64,000 nucleotides of DNA from a virus (Duplodnaviria > Caudoviricetes). Each line of letters opens with the position of its first letter. Position 1 is the first letter of the stretch. The position numbers were made by a program, and so were the translations under genes. Positions 10,010-19,675 of this stretch are shown here, one piece after another. The stretch covers positions 64,001-128,000 of the IMG/VR virus record IMGVR_UViG_3300029288_000056; one strand, given 5' to 3'. The notes under the pieces were generated by a model. The model worked only from the letters and a program-made list of their open reading frames with translations. It had not been told where the DNA came from and did no database searches.

Positions 10010-10948
10010 TTATCCTGCACTCCATAGTTTTTCTGCAATTGAAAATATATATTCAGGTGAAAAAACTTCCTTTGTCAACATCCTTCTACCATTGTCTCTA
10101 GCCCTTATGATAATTTTATTTGTATTTACTTTCCACATTTCGACTGGGAATATTATCTTCTTTAGCCCAATATCCTCTCCTGTAACACCATACCTACTAT
10201 TTGTAACATCATCATCTCTAAATACCAATACATAATCTCCATACCTTAAAGCATATTGTAAATCCTTGGTTACAAACGAAGCATATAATCGCAACTCTAC
10301 GGCAGGCCATAATCCATTCCTAATGATACTCTGTGCGTTTTCTAATTTGCTCGTGCCGTGATACCAGTCGTTACCTTGGTGAGTATAAGCCTGTAACAGA
10401 AACTCGGTAAGTCTGGATTTAGACGCATTAAAAGGATTCACAGACCAAACGGCTTGGTTGAGCCAGCCTTTCAATCTATACATAAAATCATCCCATTCGT
10501 CAGAATATTCTTCAAACTTGTAGTTGGGGATTTTATAACAAGCTATCATCCGAACAGGGACGAACAAACTGCCAACACTTGTATCAAAATCAAAATCCTC
10601 ATTCGCAATTTTTCCCTCAAATACTTGAAGATACATATTTGGGCGGATAAACAAGTCCAGCATTGTGAGAATATCTCCAGATTCAGATGAGTCATCATCG
10701 ATAATATCGGTTAGAGAGATGCCAAACAACGACTTCGCTGGTGTTGCAAATTGCCAGCCATACCTCGTTTCGGTCAGTCTTTCGTTAATGGTCGCGTCAT
10801 CAATGCCGGACTTCCGTAAATACTCAATGGCTTTTTCTTTATTACTAAAGGCATTAGGCACGCCCCAATTTCCTGAACCCGCATCACCAACATCGTAATA
10901 ACTCTGATCGTCGGGGTTTGGATCTCTGTCTATTCGGAGAAAAATCAT
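10010..10948 (-). CDS. RxD-SYYD domain + tag + YHGT (H-class) ART-like domain
   Basis: QSYYD; SRLTEFLLQA; WYHGTS...SIIRNGL...FVT...YA..YG. Confidence 0.75.
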   Translation of the reverse strand: MIFLRIDRDPNPDDQSYYDVGDAGSGNWGVPNAFSNKEKAIEYLRKSGIDDATINERLTETRYGWQFATPAKSLFGISLTDIIDDDSSESGDILTMLDLFIRPNMYLQVFEGKIANEDFDFDTSVGSLFVPVRMIACYKIPNYKFEEYSDEWDDFMYRLKGWLNQAVWSVNPFNASKSRLTEFLLQAYTHQGNDWYHGTSKLENAQSIIRNGLWPAVELRLYASFVTKDLQYALRYGDYVLVFRDDDVTNSRYGVTGEDIGLKKIIFPVEMWKVNTNKIIIRARDNGRRMLTKEVFSPEYIFSIAEKLWSAG

Positions 10949-11520
10949 GCTTCCACTATCCTAAACTGTGTTTTGCGGCCAAAGTTTAACGCGTATACAA
11001 AGTCGTCAAGGTCGCGGATCATCTTAAAGTACTGGCCTTTGTACATAAAACCTACCCACTCCGCGTCCTCTGTGATCATTCTTTGTAACGTACTCTTTAC
11101 GATTGGGGAGCTAAGCATCTCCTCAGCCTCGGGCGCGTTGCCACAAAACATACTAACCGTTCTAGAGTCTTTGCCCGATTGAGAAACCTCGCGGCCTGAA
11201 TTGTCTATATAGAATGTCTTTGTACGATCTACGCCTCGGTTTTTATACTCCTCAGCCTTAAATACGGCGATAACGACACGGTCTATACCCAGTTGCCGTC
11301 TCACAATCCTGTAATCGTTGCCATTAGCAAATATTCCGTCAGCCTGTCCATAAGAAAAGGCATGGCTTATACCAAGGTTAACTCTCTTGTCGTTCGTGAT
11401 AGCGTCTGCTTCTTCTTGCGACATGTAAAAACGGACCTCAACGTCGTAGTCCCGACCACCCGTCTTAAAGGGAAGCCGTTTCGTCACGAAGGCGTTAAGT
11501 AAGAATTGGAGTAGGCTCAT
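10945..11520 (-). CDS. Tagged hypothetical protein
   Basis: N-terminal MSLLQFLLNA. Confidence 0.7.
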   Translation of the reverse strand: MSLLQFLLNAFVTKRLPFKTGGRDYDVEVRFYMSQEEADAITNDKRVNLGISHAFSYGQADGIFANGNDYRIVRRQLGIDRVVIAVFKAEEYKNRGVDRTKTFYIDNSGREVSQSGKDSRTVSMFCGNAPEAEEMLSSPIVKSTLQRMITEDAEWVGFMYKGQYFKMIRDLDDFVYALNFGRKTQFRIVEA

Positions 11521-11521
11521 A

Positions 11522-11590
11522 TTACCTCATAAATATAAAGGCTAGTACGACTATTATAACAGCTGCCACGATAAAAATAACGTATCCCAT
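11522..11590 (-). CDS. 22-aa single-TM peptide
   Basis: MGYVIFIVAAVIIVVLAFIFMR; SD AGGAG. Confidence 0.55.
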   Translation of the reverse strand: MGYVIFIVAAVIIVVLAFIFMR

Positions 11591-11742
11591 TATTTCTCCT
11601 GATTAGATTCGCCAAGTTTAAAGTATATTGGCTTGATAGATTCGCCATTCTCATCTTTATCACAATGACAAACCATTGGCATAAAAGGTATCATCTCTTT
11701 CATGTCTTTTACTCCACAGCACTTACAACATTTATCGTTCAT
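11590..11742 (-). CDS. 50-aa Cys-containing protein
   Basis: MNDKCCKCCGVK...; start and stop overlap the neighbours. Confidence 0.5.
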   Translation of the reverse strand: MNDKCCKCCGVKDMKEMIPFMPMVCHCDKDENGESIKPIYFKLGESNQEK

Positions 11743-12728
11743 TCTCTCCTCCAATACAGAGTTGCCAAATCAAAGAAATTGGAACAATCAGGTGTTAGTT
11801 GGTCTGCTAGGTTGCGGTCAAATTGCCAACATTCAGAAACAGGGACATTTCCTAATGCCTTTATAACCGTTATATCTATATCTTGTGGGAGAATCATTCC
11901 AGATCGCATTTTACGGGTTTTAATATTTTCATCCAAATCCGCTATTTTAATAACAAATAAATATCCATATCTACCAAAGTTATTAATGGTTCTTGGAATG
12001 ATTTTTTCAATAAAGTTTTTTGGTCTTTTAAATAAATCAACGTCATACGGATTAAAACAAAAGATAACAGGAATAAGTAGATCGTCATCCAAAAAGCTCA
12101 TCAACCTTGCGCCCCCATAATCTTGACCCAAATAGCCGTCACTTATAATACTATCTGCATTTTCTTTGGTAGGAGTGCCGTGATAGAATTCAGAAGGAGA
12201 GCGTTGCCAAGCCAATAAAAAGTCGGTCAGTTTACTTGCACTCAACGACTCGAGCGCACTGAGATCCACATAGCTGATCTTCTCCCTCAGCGTCGGAAGG
12301 TCTACCCAAATGATCTGATCAACCTCTGGTAGGATGGTCTCGAGGTAGTCGAAATAACTGTGGCAAAACAGCGGCAAAGCCGTTATGTCTTCGAGTGCCT
12401 TTACGACGAACATCTTATAGTCTTTTCTCTTCGTGCCCCATTCAATCACAAGATCTGTCTTCTCATAACGAACCGTGCTCAAGTCTATGCCGGTTTCTTC
12501 CTCTAGCTCCCTGACTGCGGTATCCCACTCAGTCTCGTCGTTGTGGTGTTCACCCTTAGGAAACGACCAGCCATATTCCTCGCCCAAGTTTGTGGCGTGA
12601 ACAATCAGGTACTTGCCGTTAGAGATCAGCAGTATCCCAAGCGAAAATGGTCTAGTCGCTTCCGCGCTCTTACGTCGGCGTCTGCGGCGTCGCTTCTGAA
12701 CGATAAATTCGTTAGTTAGTTGTTCCAT
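11739..12728 (-). CDS. Poly-Arg leader + Nudix hydrolase + tag + YHGT ART-like domain
   Basis: KRRRRRRRK; Nudix box GEHHNDETEWDTAVRELEEETGI; SASKLTDFLLA; FYHGT. Confidence 0.85.
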   Translation of the reverse strand: MEQLTNEFIVQKRRRRRRRKSAEATRPFSLGILLISNGKYLIVHATNLGEEYGWSFPKGEHHNDETEWDTAVRELEEETGIDLSTVRYEKTDLVIEWGTKRKDYKMFVVKALEDITALPLFCHSYFDYLETILPEVDQIIWVDLPTLREKISYVDLSALESLSASKLTDFLLAWQRSPSEFYHGTPTKENADSIISDGYLGQDYGGARLMSFLDDDLLIPVIFCFNPYDVDLFKRPKNFIEKIIPRTINNFGRYGYLFVIKIADLDENIKTRKMRSGMILPQDIDITVIKALGNVPVSECWQFDRNLADQLTPDCSNFFDLATLYWRRE

Positions 12729-12780
12729 ATCTCCGGCTTATCCCATCTCGCAGTAACATCTATGAAGCCCAAGTTTTGTA

Positions 12781-13362
12781 CTATAATTTCATAAACACGA
12801 TCTTCGCGAGTTTATGAAGATCCGACACTAGTAGTTGCCCGAACTGTTGCGGCGTCATACCTACTGTGTTTAAGATAAGATTCATTTGGTGACCTACAAG
12901 TGTGGGTTCTGTGGCTGTAAGTTGCAGCGATTTATTAACCCCTCCAATAGTGACGTTATTTTTAGTCGCTATATCCTCGGTAAAGAGGTGTGTCCATCCT
13001 TCTACATCAGGGGAATTATACATAAGCCATGGCATGCCGATTGTCTTATTCAGTAGTGCGTGAATAAACTCGTGAATAAGGGACTTTGTTACGGGGAATT
13101 GCTCAGGTCTGTATGATCCTATCCATAATCTATTGTCGTTGCTGGGCACACGAGTACCCAAAGTTCCACCACTTTCAGGGTCTAGGCCCTCCTTTATCCA
13201 CTCCTCTTCTGTTGTTATAGTTTTCCAAATGTCGTCCTTAATATAGCCCGACAGATCAATCCCGAAGTACTCCTCTACCATGCGCTCAACCTCTAAGAAG
13301 CAGGCGCCATTAGTGGATAGCGTCATAATCTCTGCAAGTAAGAAGTCGGTTAATTTATTCAA
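12781..13362 (-). CDS. Tagged zincin-like metallopeptidase
   Basis: MNKLTDFLLA; HEFIH...EGWT. Confidence 0.75.
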   Translation of the reverse strand: MNKLTDFLLAEIMTLSTNGACFLEVERMVEEYFGIDLSGYIKDDIWKTITTEEEWIKEGLDPESGGTLGTRVPSNDNRLWIGSYRPEQFPVTKSLIHEFIHALLNKTIGMPWLMYNSPDVEGWTHLFTEDIATKNNVTIGGVNKSLQLTATEPTLVGHQMNLILNTVGMTPQQFGQLLVSDLHKLAKIVFMKL

Positions 13363-14398
13363 TTCCTAATTCCCTTTCGATCTTTAGTGCATTCTCAATC
13401 AGCGGATCCGCAATACAAGGACCGTTGATTTTATAAAAGTAGTTACGATAAGGCGTGGCTGGGTACTTCTTAGGTCGGATCGGCGTCATCCTAAATGTCC
13501 TGTCGTTCTGCGCTTGAGCGTAGAACCTACGCCAAACAGCTCTCGCCTCGTTGCTCAGGTCTCCCTTGTATTGGTCTGGACAAATTCCGTTAGGCATTAG
13601 CTTCATTGCTGCCGCATAGACGTAAGGACCGTAGCCGCCGCCGCCATACCGATTTAGATAAGCATACTTAACCTCACCGTAATCATCTGTTTCTAGAAAA
13701 CCATTTTTGATCTCGTCTAGTAAAAGCATAAGAGTATGGGCGTTTATTGTGCTAAAAATACCCATTTCACCCTTGGTGATTTTGTTAAAGCAATCCAGTA
13801 CAAGTATGAAGTTCGTTTCGTCAAGATGAAAAATAGCCGCGTTGGTCGGGTCACCAAGCGACGCGCTGAGCGGTTCGATCAGGAATTCGGTCAGCCGACT
13901 GGCAGTCTTCCAAGGCGGAGTCAGGTAGTCGGTTCCGTATTGCATCCAATCCATTATTTCTCCATAATAAACACGAAGGTTATCGGGTATTTCCCAACAA
14001 GCCAACATTTTGATCGGCATAAACAGGTCGCCGTCAGTTGGCTCGTCTTTCCTTAGTGGATTATAGTCGTTAAACCAAATGCCGTCCCAAACCTGCAGGT
14101 AGCGGCCGGGTTTCCAGTATTCGAATAATCCCGCTACGGCAGAAGTGAGACTCTCATTATTCCATCTAACTCCGAATAGTCCACCGGCTTTTAAACCCCA
14201 AATCGGCGTATCACCGTTGTATCCGGTTATCTCAATGTTTTTATCCAGCCATTCCAAGTCTTTACGATCCAACACGTAAGTGCGAGACAATGCGGCGTAA
14301 GCTTCGGACTTGGTCTTGAATCCCGAATAACCTGTTCCCGCATCGTAGTAACTGTGCGGGTCGGGAGTTGCATCTTTGTCAATACGGATGAAGATCAT
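13355..14398 (-). CDS. RxD-SYYD domain + tag + GNAT-like domain
   Basis: MIFIRIDKDATPDPHSYYD; TASRLTEFLIEPLSA; GYGPYVYAAAM...LSNEARAVWRRFY. Confidence 0.75.
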   Translation of the reverse strand: MIFIRIDKDATPDPHSYYDAGTGYSGFKTKSEAYAALSRTYVLDRKDLEWLDKNIEITGYNGDTPIWGLKAGGLFGVRWNNESLTSAVAGLFEYWKPGRYLQVWDGIWFNDYNPLRKDEPTDGDLFMPIKMLACWEIPDNLRVYYGEIMDWMQYGTDYLTPPWKTASRLTEFLIEPLSASLGDPTNAAIFHLDETNFILVLDCFNKITKGEMGIFSTINAHTLMLLLDEIKNGFLETDDYGEVKYAYLNRYGGGGYGPYVYAAAMKLMPNGICPDQYKGDLSNEARAVWRRFYAQAQNDRTFRMTPIRPKKYPATPYRNYFYKINGPCIADPLIENALKIERELGIE

Positions 14399-14970
14399 AA
14401 TACCATTCTTAAAAAGTAATCTATAATGTACCATTTATTTAATGGCCAGCCTAAAGACTGTTCAAATTCTTTCCCATTAGCATAAGCAGCGGAGGTGTCT
14501 ATTTCGTCGGTCTTCACTTGATACTTGAAGCGGATTGGATCTGTTGAATCAATTTTATCATATCGCACGTCTCGTATTTCTCTTATTATATTTGAAGACG
14601 GATTTAAGGAGTCGTCGTAAAAGCGCTGCCATACAGCCTTTGCGTCGGATGAGGAATAGCTATTACTTGACGAGAGCCAAAAGCCACTCTTCGTTAATTC
14701 CTGCATCGCAATGATGTAAAGCGGAGGCCCGTAACCGGACTCTGCGTACGACTCACCTACCGAATATCTGTTGCCGTCCGTCTTGCAGACCGTTATGGCC
14801 CCGACCACAGCACCACGGAGTGTCTCGTAAGCTTCAGGATATGGTACCTTAACCGGTCTCATTAGGCAGTAGGCGTAAACACCGTCTTCGATCTGAACAA
14901 ACGTCTTGAACAACATCAAGTCGTTGATTGGTTTATAAGATGCGTTCAGAAATTGCGATAACTTACCCAC
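14395..14970 (-). CDS. Tagged GNAT-like protein
   Basis: MGKLSQFLNA (GTG start); GYGPPLYIIAMQ...SSDAKAVWQRFY. Confidence 0.75.
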   Translation of the reverse strand: MGKLSQFLNASYKPINDLMLFKTFVQIEDGVYAYCLMRPVKVPYPEAYETLRGAVVGAITVCKTDGNRYSVGESYAESGYGPPLYIIAMQELTKSGFWLSSSNSYSSSDAKAVWQRFYDDSLNPSSNIIREIRDVRYDKIDSTDPIRFKYQVKTDEIDTSAAYANGKEFEQSLGWPLNKWYIIDYFLRMVL

Positions 14971-15312
14971 CTATTCTAGAAACCTCCAAAAGTGTTCTTC
15001 ATCTTTAACTATTTCGGACTGAAGTCTTTCGATGTCGGGTGACGGCGTTCTTACACTCACATAGATGTGGTCAGTAAGTTTGTGTCCTTGGTACCAGTTC
15101 GCGAACCCTTGGCCATAAAGGCCTTCCACGGTGCCCATCATCTCATTGTAGTGTCTCGCGCTCCAAAGCATAATCTGCCCATGGTCTATTTCGGATACCA
15201 TCCATATTCCACCGTTATCCCAGTCATACCCGATGTCGCTAAGCCCGTGTAGGTTTAACCAAGCCTCAAGCTCTTGCCAAGATGCAGAGAGAAAAAACGC
15301 CAATCTGTTCAT
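14971..15312 (-). CDS. Tagged hypothetical protein
   Basis: MNRLAFFLSA. Confidence 0.65.
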   Translation of the reverse strand: MNRLAFFLSASWQELEAWLNLHGLSDIGYDWDNGGIWMVSEIDHGQIMLWSARHYNEMMGTVEGLYGQGFANWYQGHKLTDHIYVSVRTPSPDIERLQSEIVKDEEHFWRFLE

Positions 15313-15461
15313 TGATCCTCCAATAAGATCCTATACATAATGTCTTCGTTGAATATAACCATATCATAATCAGCGGAGCGTTCGTCTTCTGGCATCACCC
15401 AAAAGACGGGGTTATCTTCTATAATAAAGTCTTCCGATAAAAAATCAAAAAGATCGTTCAT
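15309..15461 (-). CDS. 50-aa acidic mini-protein with a tag-like start
   Basis: MNDLFDFLSEDFIIED...; SD AAGGA; ATGA overlap with next gene. Confidence 0.55.
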   Translation of the reverse strand: MNDLFDFLSEDFIIEDNPVFWVMPEDERSADYDMVIFNEDIMYRILLEDQ

Positions 15462-15930
15462 TGTTTCCTTTACTAGCAGCGATTTGCTGCTCGTTTTTCC
15501 AGTATAGGGTAGCTATACTGAAGAAGTTGGAACAATCCCACTCTAACTCCTCCTGTTTCCTTCGGTCAATCTGCCAACATTCATTTACCGCGAGCGCATC
15601 GTTAGATTCGTAAGTGAGGTTATCAACTGGATACGGCGTCGGAATCAGCCGTTCTTGCGGCGGATAGAGAGTAAAGACGTAGCCGTAAGGGCCATAGTCC
15701 TGCATGTACCACGTTAAGTCCTGAATTTCGCCAGTCACCCAGTTTGTGCTACCGCACAACGCGAAGGAGACCGGCACCCTAATATCGTGCGCGGTGTAAA
15801 GCTTACCCTCATTGGGGATAACTTGGCCTTGTCTAATAATGGAGTCGGCCTTTTCTTTCGCAGGTGTCCCGTGGTAGAACTCGTCAGGAACACGGCGATA
15901 GCTTAGTAGGAAATTAAGAAGCTCGTGCAT
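15445..15930 (-). CDS. Tagged YHGT ART-like protein
   Basis: MHELLNFLLS; FYHGTP; YGYVF; ECWQ...DCSNFF. Confidence 0.7.
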   Translation of the reverse strand: MHELLNFLLSYRRVPDEFYHGTPAKEKADSIIRQGQVIPNEGKLYTAHDIRVPVSFALCGSTNWVTGEIQDLTWYMQDYGPYGYVFTLYPPQERLIPTPYPVDNLTYESNDALAVNECWQIDRRKQEELEWDCSNFFSIATLYWKNEQQIAASKGNNERSF

Positions 15931-16747
15931 AGGTCTCTATAAAGGTTATGATATGTCTATAATAACGGTCTAAGGTAGATAACGCTTCTTCTGTTGAGTG
16001 GGCGTCATTTTCATGATCGTTGATTTGCACCCCACCATGCCCAGCCACGAGAGTGATTATAAAATCTGGAGCGTAGAAGTTAACCGTGATATCAAAATAA
16101 AATTCTCTACCCCTGTAATATAAGGTCTGTTGTAATCTAGTGCCATATAAAGATAGTGCGCCTTCGTCACGATCTTTCAAGAAAATATTTAACGCTTCCT
16201 GTATATCACCCAACTTTTTAACGACCTCGAGAGGCATTGCGTTAGCTTCTTCCCGTTGTGCGACCTCTACAGTATAAGTGCCACCTTTAAGTATACACTC
16301 ACCTTCGTGAGTAAAACGGCTGTTACTATTGTAAAAACGCATATTGTACAACGGGGCTAAGATGTCGGACGGTTTAGCGGCAACCTTGTATATTATTCCA
16401 AGGTATTCATCATCGACTCTGCCAGTAAACCTAGATGCAGAATTCTCATCTATGGACCACGAGGTGGCTCTAGGAAAAGTTACAGTGCCTGTTATCCCTT
16501 TTACCAATTCTGTCAGTGAATTCACGCCGAACGACTTAGAAATAGTCAACAGCCCATTCTTGCCAGTGGTTTCTAAGATTATTTCACCACGATATAGGTT
16601 AATAGGTGAAGTAGGTAAGTACTGCGCAATTCTCTTTGCATCGTCGTCATCCCAAAATGACTCAATATCATAAGGGCTGTTTAGCCACCGTCTCAACTTG
16701 GCCATCCAATCTGAACTCGCTAAGAGTAAGAAGTTTTGCAGACTCAT
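15914..16747 (-). CDS. Tagged R-S-E class ART-like protein
   Basis: MSLQNFLLLA; LYRGE...TSWS...HEGECIL. Confidence 0.7.
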   Translation of the reverse strand: MSLQNFLLLASSDWMAKLRRWLNSPYDIESFWDDDDAKRIAQYLPTSPINLYRGEIILETTGKNGLLTISKSFGVNSLTELVKGITGTVTFPRATSWSIDENSASRFTGRVDDEYLGIIYKVAAKPSDILAPLYNMRFYNSNSRFTHEGECILKGGTYTVEVAQREEANAMPLEVVKKLGDIQEALNIFLKDRDEGALSLYGTRLQQTLYYRGREFYFDITVNFYAPDFIITLVAGHGGVQINDHENDAHSTEEALSTLDRYYRHIITFIETYARAS

Positions 16748-17286
16748 AACCGATTCTCTAACTCCTCAATAAACCGTCGTCCGTTCTCAATTAGAGGATC
16801 TGCGATACAGGGACCCTCTATTTTGTAGTAGAAGTTACGGAAAGGTTGTTCAGGGTAGAGCATAGGTTTAATCGCGGTCAGAACGATGTTGTTGTTGTGT
16901 TCAGACTCTTTGTAGAATCGTCTCCAAACCATTTCAGCGTCGTCGCTTAACTCTGTTTGATCGGGGCAAATGCCGTTAGGTTTGACTAACTTCATGGCTG
17001 CAGAATAAAGATAAGGTCCGTAATCGTCCATTGCGAAGCTAGAATTAACCTCACCGTCGCCACAATAAAGAGATCCTTTACAACCGTCTTCGTGTAATAC
17101 AGTTATTAAAGAATCCTCAACAAAACTATCTTCTTTTATCGAAAAATTAACTATAGCCCGTATCATATCATCATCTATTGCTAATTTATCATAGATAAGA
17201 AAACCATGAGGAGAATGTTGTTCGACAATAATCATTCCATCGGGGTTACCTAACGCTGCTTCAGTAAGGAAATTGTTTAAGTTCAT
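16744..17286 (-). CDS. Tagged GNAT-like protein
   Basis: MNLNNFLTEA; YGPYLYSAAM...GICPDQ..LSDDAEMVWRRFY. Confidence 0.75.
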   Translation of the reverse strand: MNLNNFLTEAALGNPDGMIIVEQHSPHGFLIYDKLAIDDDMIRAIVNFSIKEDSFVEDSLITVLHEDGCKGSLYCGDGEVNSSFAMDDYGPYLYSAAMKLVKPNGICPDQTELSDDAEMVWRRFYKESEHNNNIVLTAIKPMLYPEQPFRNFYYKIEGPCIADPLIENGRRFIEELENRL

Positions 17287-17373
17287 AGCACAACAAAGCC
17301 GCGCGATTCAAAAATCGTGCAGCTTATCTCTCTTAAGTCTGTAAGTTTCAATCGGTCTCCTTGCGAAGACCCC

Positions 17374-17901
17374 TTATACCATTTTCCTCAGCTCTGCGAT
17401 AAATTCTCGTCCTCGTTCAACCATTTGATCCGACAAACAATCCCCATGAATCTTGTAGTAGAAATTGCGGTAAGGGGTTCTAGGGTAATACTTGTGTACC
17501 GTGGGTGTTAGTTCAATAGACCCACTTGCTGCTTCTTTGTAAAACCGTCTCCAAAGTCTTTTTGCGTGAACACTCAGGCTGCTTTGATCTGGACAGATAC
17601 CGTGATCCACATGTTTCATTGCTGCGGTGTAGATGTAAGGCCCGTATCCCGACTTACTGTGGCTTAGGCAGACTTCACCGTAAGGGTAAGCCCTTACGAA
17701 TCCAAAGTGACGCATAGGTTCGTTTTCATAAATCTCTTGATGAAAAACTTCCCGTATAACGTTATACGGCTTTCTGATTCCATTCAAGTTCGTCTTTGGA
17801 AATTGTTTGAAAAAGTACACCAAATCCAATAGATAGAACCGATGAAATCCTTCCTCAAAAAAGTTTACAACTACATGATTCTCGGGGTTTCCTAGTCCCA
17901 T
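17374..17901 (-). CDS. Untagged GNAT-like paralogue
   Basis: Starts directly at the domain (MGLGNP); GYGPYIYTAAM...GICPDQ. Confidence 0.75.
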   Translation of the reverse strand: MGLGNPENHVVVNFFEEGFHRFYLLDLVYFFKQFPKTNLNGIRKPYNVIREVFHQEIYENEPMRHFGFVRAYPYGEVCLSHSKSGYGPYIYTAAMKHVDHGICPDQSSLSVHAKRLWRRFYKEAASGSIELTPTVHKYYPRTPYRNFYYKIHGDCLSDQMVERGREFIAELRKMV

Positions 17902-17920
17902 TTACGATCACCTCAGAATC

Positions 17921-17950
17921 ATTTTAACACAAGTCTGTAAAAAGTCAAGC
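17921..17950 (-). promoter_or_regulatory. sigma70-like promoter (GCTTGACTTTT class)
   Basis: TTGACT-N16-TAAAAT with a TG extension, just upstream of 17901. Confidence 0.65.
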
Positions 17951-17954
17951 GTTT

Positions 17955-18518
17955 TTATATTACTTCGACCGGAGCGTTCGGGTCGTACTGGTCCACCATC
18001 TTTTGCAACTCTGCCATCAACTGATTGCCGGCTTCTATCAAACCGTCAGACCTTGAGGGACCGTTGTATTTGTAGTTGAAATTCATCCAAGGTCTGCCGG
18101 GGTCTACAGGGGGTGTTATGGGAATTAATGTCACGTCCTTTGCCTTAACGGCCTCGTCGTAGTACTTCTTCCAACTCTTAATCTTAGAGCCCCCACCCGG
18201 TCTCACGCCGGTCGGCAGTAGTTTAATAGCTGCTGCGTACATGTCCGCACTATCTTCACTGCCCGCGGCGTCGTACTTGATTAAACCGTCGTCCGAAAGG
18301 ATCAAGAAGGACACGTCGCCTCTGGACTGTGTCATAAGGTAACGAAGCACACCCTGACTCTTGATGAGCGGATAGTAGTTAACCAAGTCGTCATAAAGTT
18401 GGTCAACGACGGTAGTAACGTCAAACATCTTAAAGAACCAGTCACCTACCGGTGTATGATAGTGACAGAGTGCGCGGATGCTTTTCTTTGATAAGAAACG
18501 AAATAGTTTTTTGCCCAT
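17955..18518 (-). CDS. Degenerate GNAT-like paralogue with a tag-like start
   Basis: MGKKLFRFLSK after SD AAGGAG; MYAAAIKL...W.KYY...NFNYK. Confidence 0.6.
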   Translation of the reverse strand: MGKKLFRFLSKKSIRALCHYHTPVGDWFFKMFDVTTVVDQLYDDLVNYYPLIKSQGVLRYLMTQSRGDVSFLILSDDGLIKYDAAGSEDSADMYAAAIKLLPTGVRPGGGSKIKSWKKYYDEAVKAKDVTLIPITPPVDPGRPWMNFNYKYNGPSRSDGLIEAGNQLMAELQKMVDQYDPNAPVEVI

Positions 18519-18562
18519 AATTCTCCTTAAGGACAGTATATCACAGTTAGAAGATCTGTTTA

Positions 18563-19675
18563 TTAGTTCTTGAAGACACTTTGCCAAAGTATCTCTTGGC
18601 CGTTGTGTTTGTAGGCGTTCGCAAGATACTGTCTGGCAAATTCTTGCACCGTCATGTTCACTCGGCTTAGGAAGTTGAGAGTGCTTTCGCCGTAATGAGG
18701 ACTCTCAAGAACCTCAATGCCATTCTTTAGCGCAACGTCCTTGGCGACAGCGTCTACGAATCCTTCCCAATCAATCCTTTCCATAGTGGAGAAGCGAAGG
18801 CCGAAGATTGAGTGAAGGAACTCGTGTATTAAGACGTAGTACTCACCGTTTCCTTTCAGGTCCTTAAGGCCAATACCACTAAAGAAGTTGTGCACGCCCT
18901 TCGCATCAAAAGGAATTCCGCGCTCTCTACAAAGCTTCTTCCACTCCGTCGAGTTGTAGACTTGTGTTTCTACATACTGTACCGGCTGACCTAAATAGTC
19001 GGACAAGATCTGCATCAAGTACTGCATGGCAGGGCAGGACTCTGGGATCTCTTGATAGCCCTTAGAGCGGTAGTCGGCTAATAGGAAGTTCGTGAGCGAG
19101 GCGGACTTATTTGTTAATAGGCGTTCGAGATCTTCTTCTGGAAGGCATTGAGGATTAGGGGTAAACCAGCCGTTGAGTTCGGCTATCTTTTCAAACATAC
19201 CAACAGCTCCGAATGGATTGCCGTCTTTTTGTGAAGCCACAATCATGTGATTGATAAATTTTTTACTGTATTTTCCCAGCATTCTTTGTGGCACAAAACA
19301 AAATTCTTCAAAATCTCCAGGCCAATTAACCATACTCTGGGTCGTCCTCTCGCTAAAACAATAAGTATAATCTTGTTCTTTTGCGTCGTTCCCTAACCAA
19401 ACCTCTAAAAAACTAAATCCACGACGATCTGCCCAGTGTTTCCAACGCACAAAAGCACCAACTAACTCATATTCCTTTACCTTGGTTCCGCATATTATAT
19501 TATTTCCAATTATCAAAGAGTATTTACCGCTTGAGTTTTTAGTGGCATATTGTAAGGCTTCTGCACCGTAAATATTAATGAATTCGCTTTTCGAATATCT
19601 ACTATGATCATCTAAACTCCAATAACTCGGCGTTATGCTCCCAGTGCCGTCGTCCCACCTTAGCCAGATACTCAT
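18563..19675 (-). CDS. WLRWDDG variant domain + tag + zincin-like metallopeptidase
   Basis: MSIWLRWDDG..SYW; SASLTNFLLA; HEFLH...EGFVDAVA. Confidence 0.75.
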   Translation of the reverse strand: MSIWLRWDDGTGSITPSYWSLDDHSRYSKSEFINIYGAEALQYATKNSSGKYSLIIGNNIICGTKVKEYELVGAFVRWKHWADRRGFSFLEVWLGNDAKEQDYTYCFSERTTQSMVNWPGDFEEFCFVPQRMLGKYSKKFINHMIVASQKDGNPFGAVGMFEKIAELNGWFTPNPQCLPEEDLERLLTNKSASLTNFLLADYRSKGYQEIPESCPAMQYLMQILSDYLGQPVQYVETQVYNSTEWKKLCRERGIPFDAKGVHNFFSGIGLKDLKGNGEYYVLIHEFLHSIFGLRFSTMERIDWEGFVDAVAKDVALKNGIEVLESPHYGESTLNFLSRVNMTVQEFARQYLANAYKHNGQEILWQSVFKN

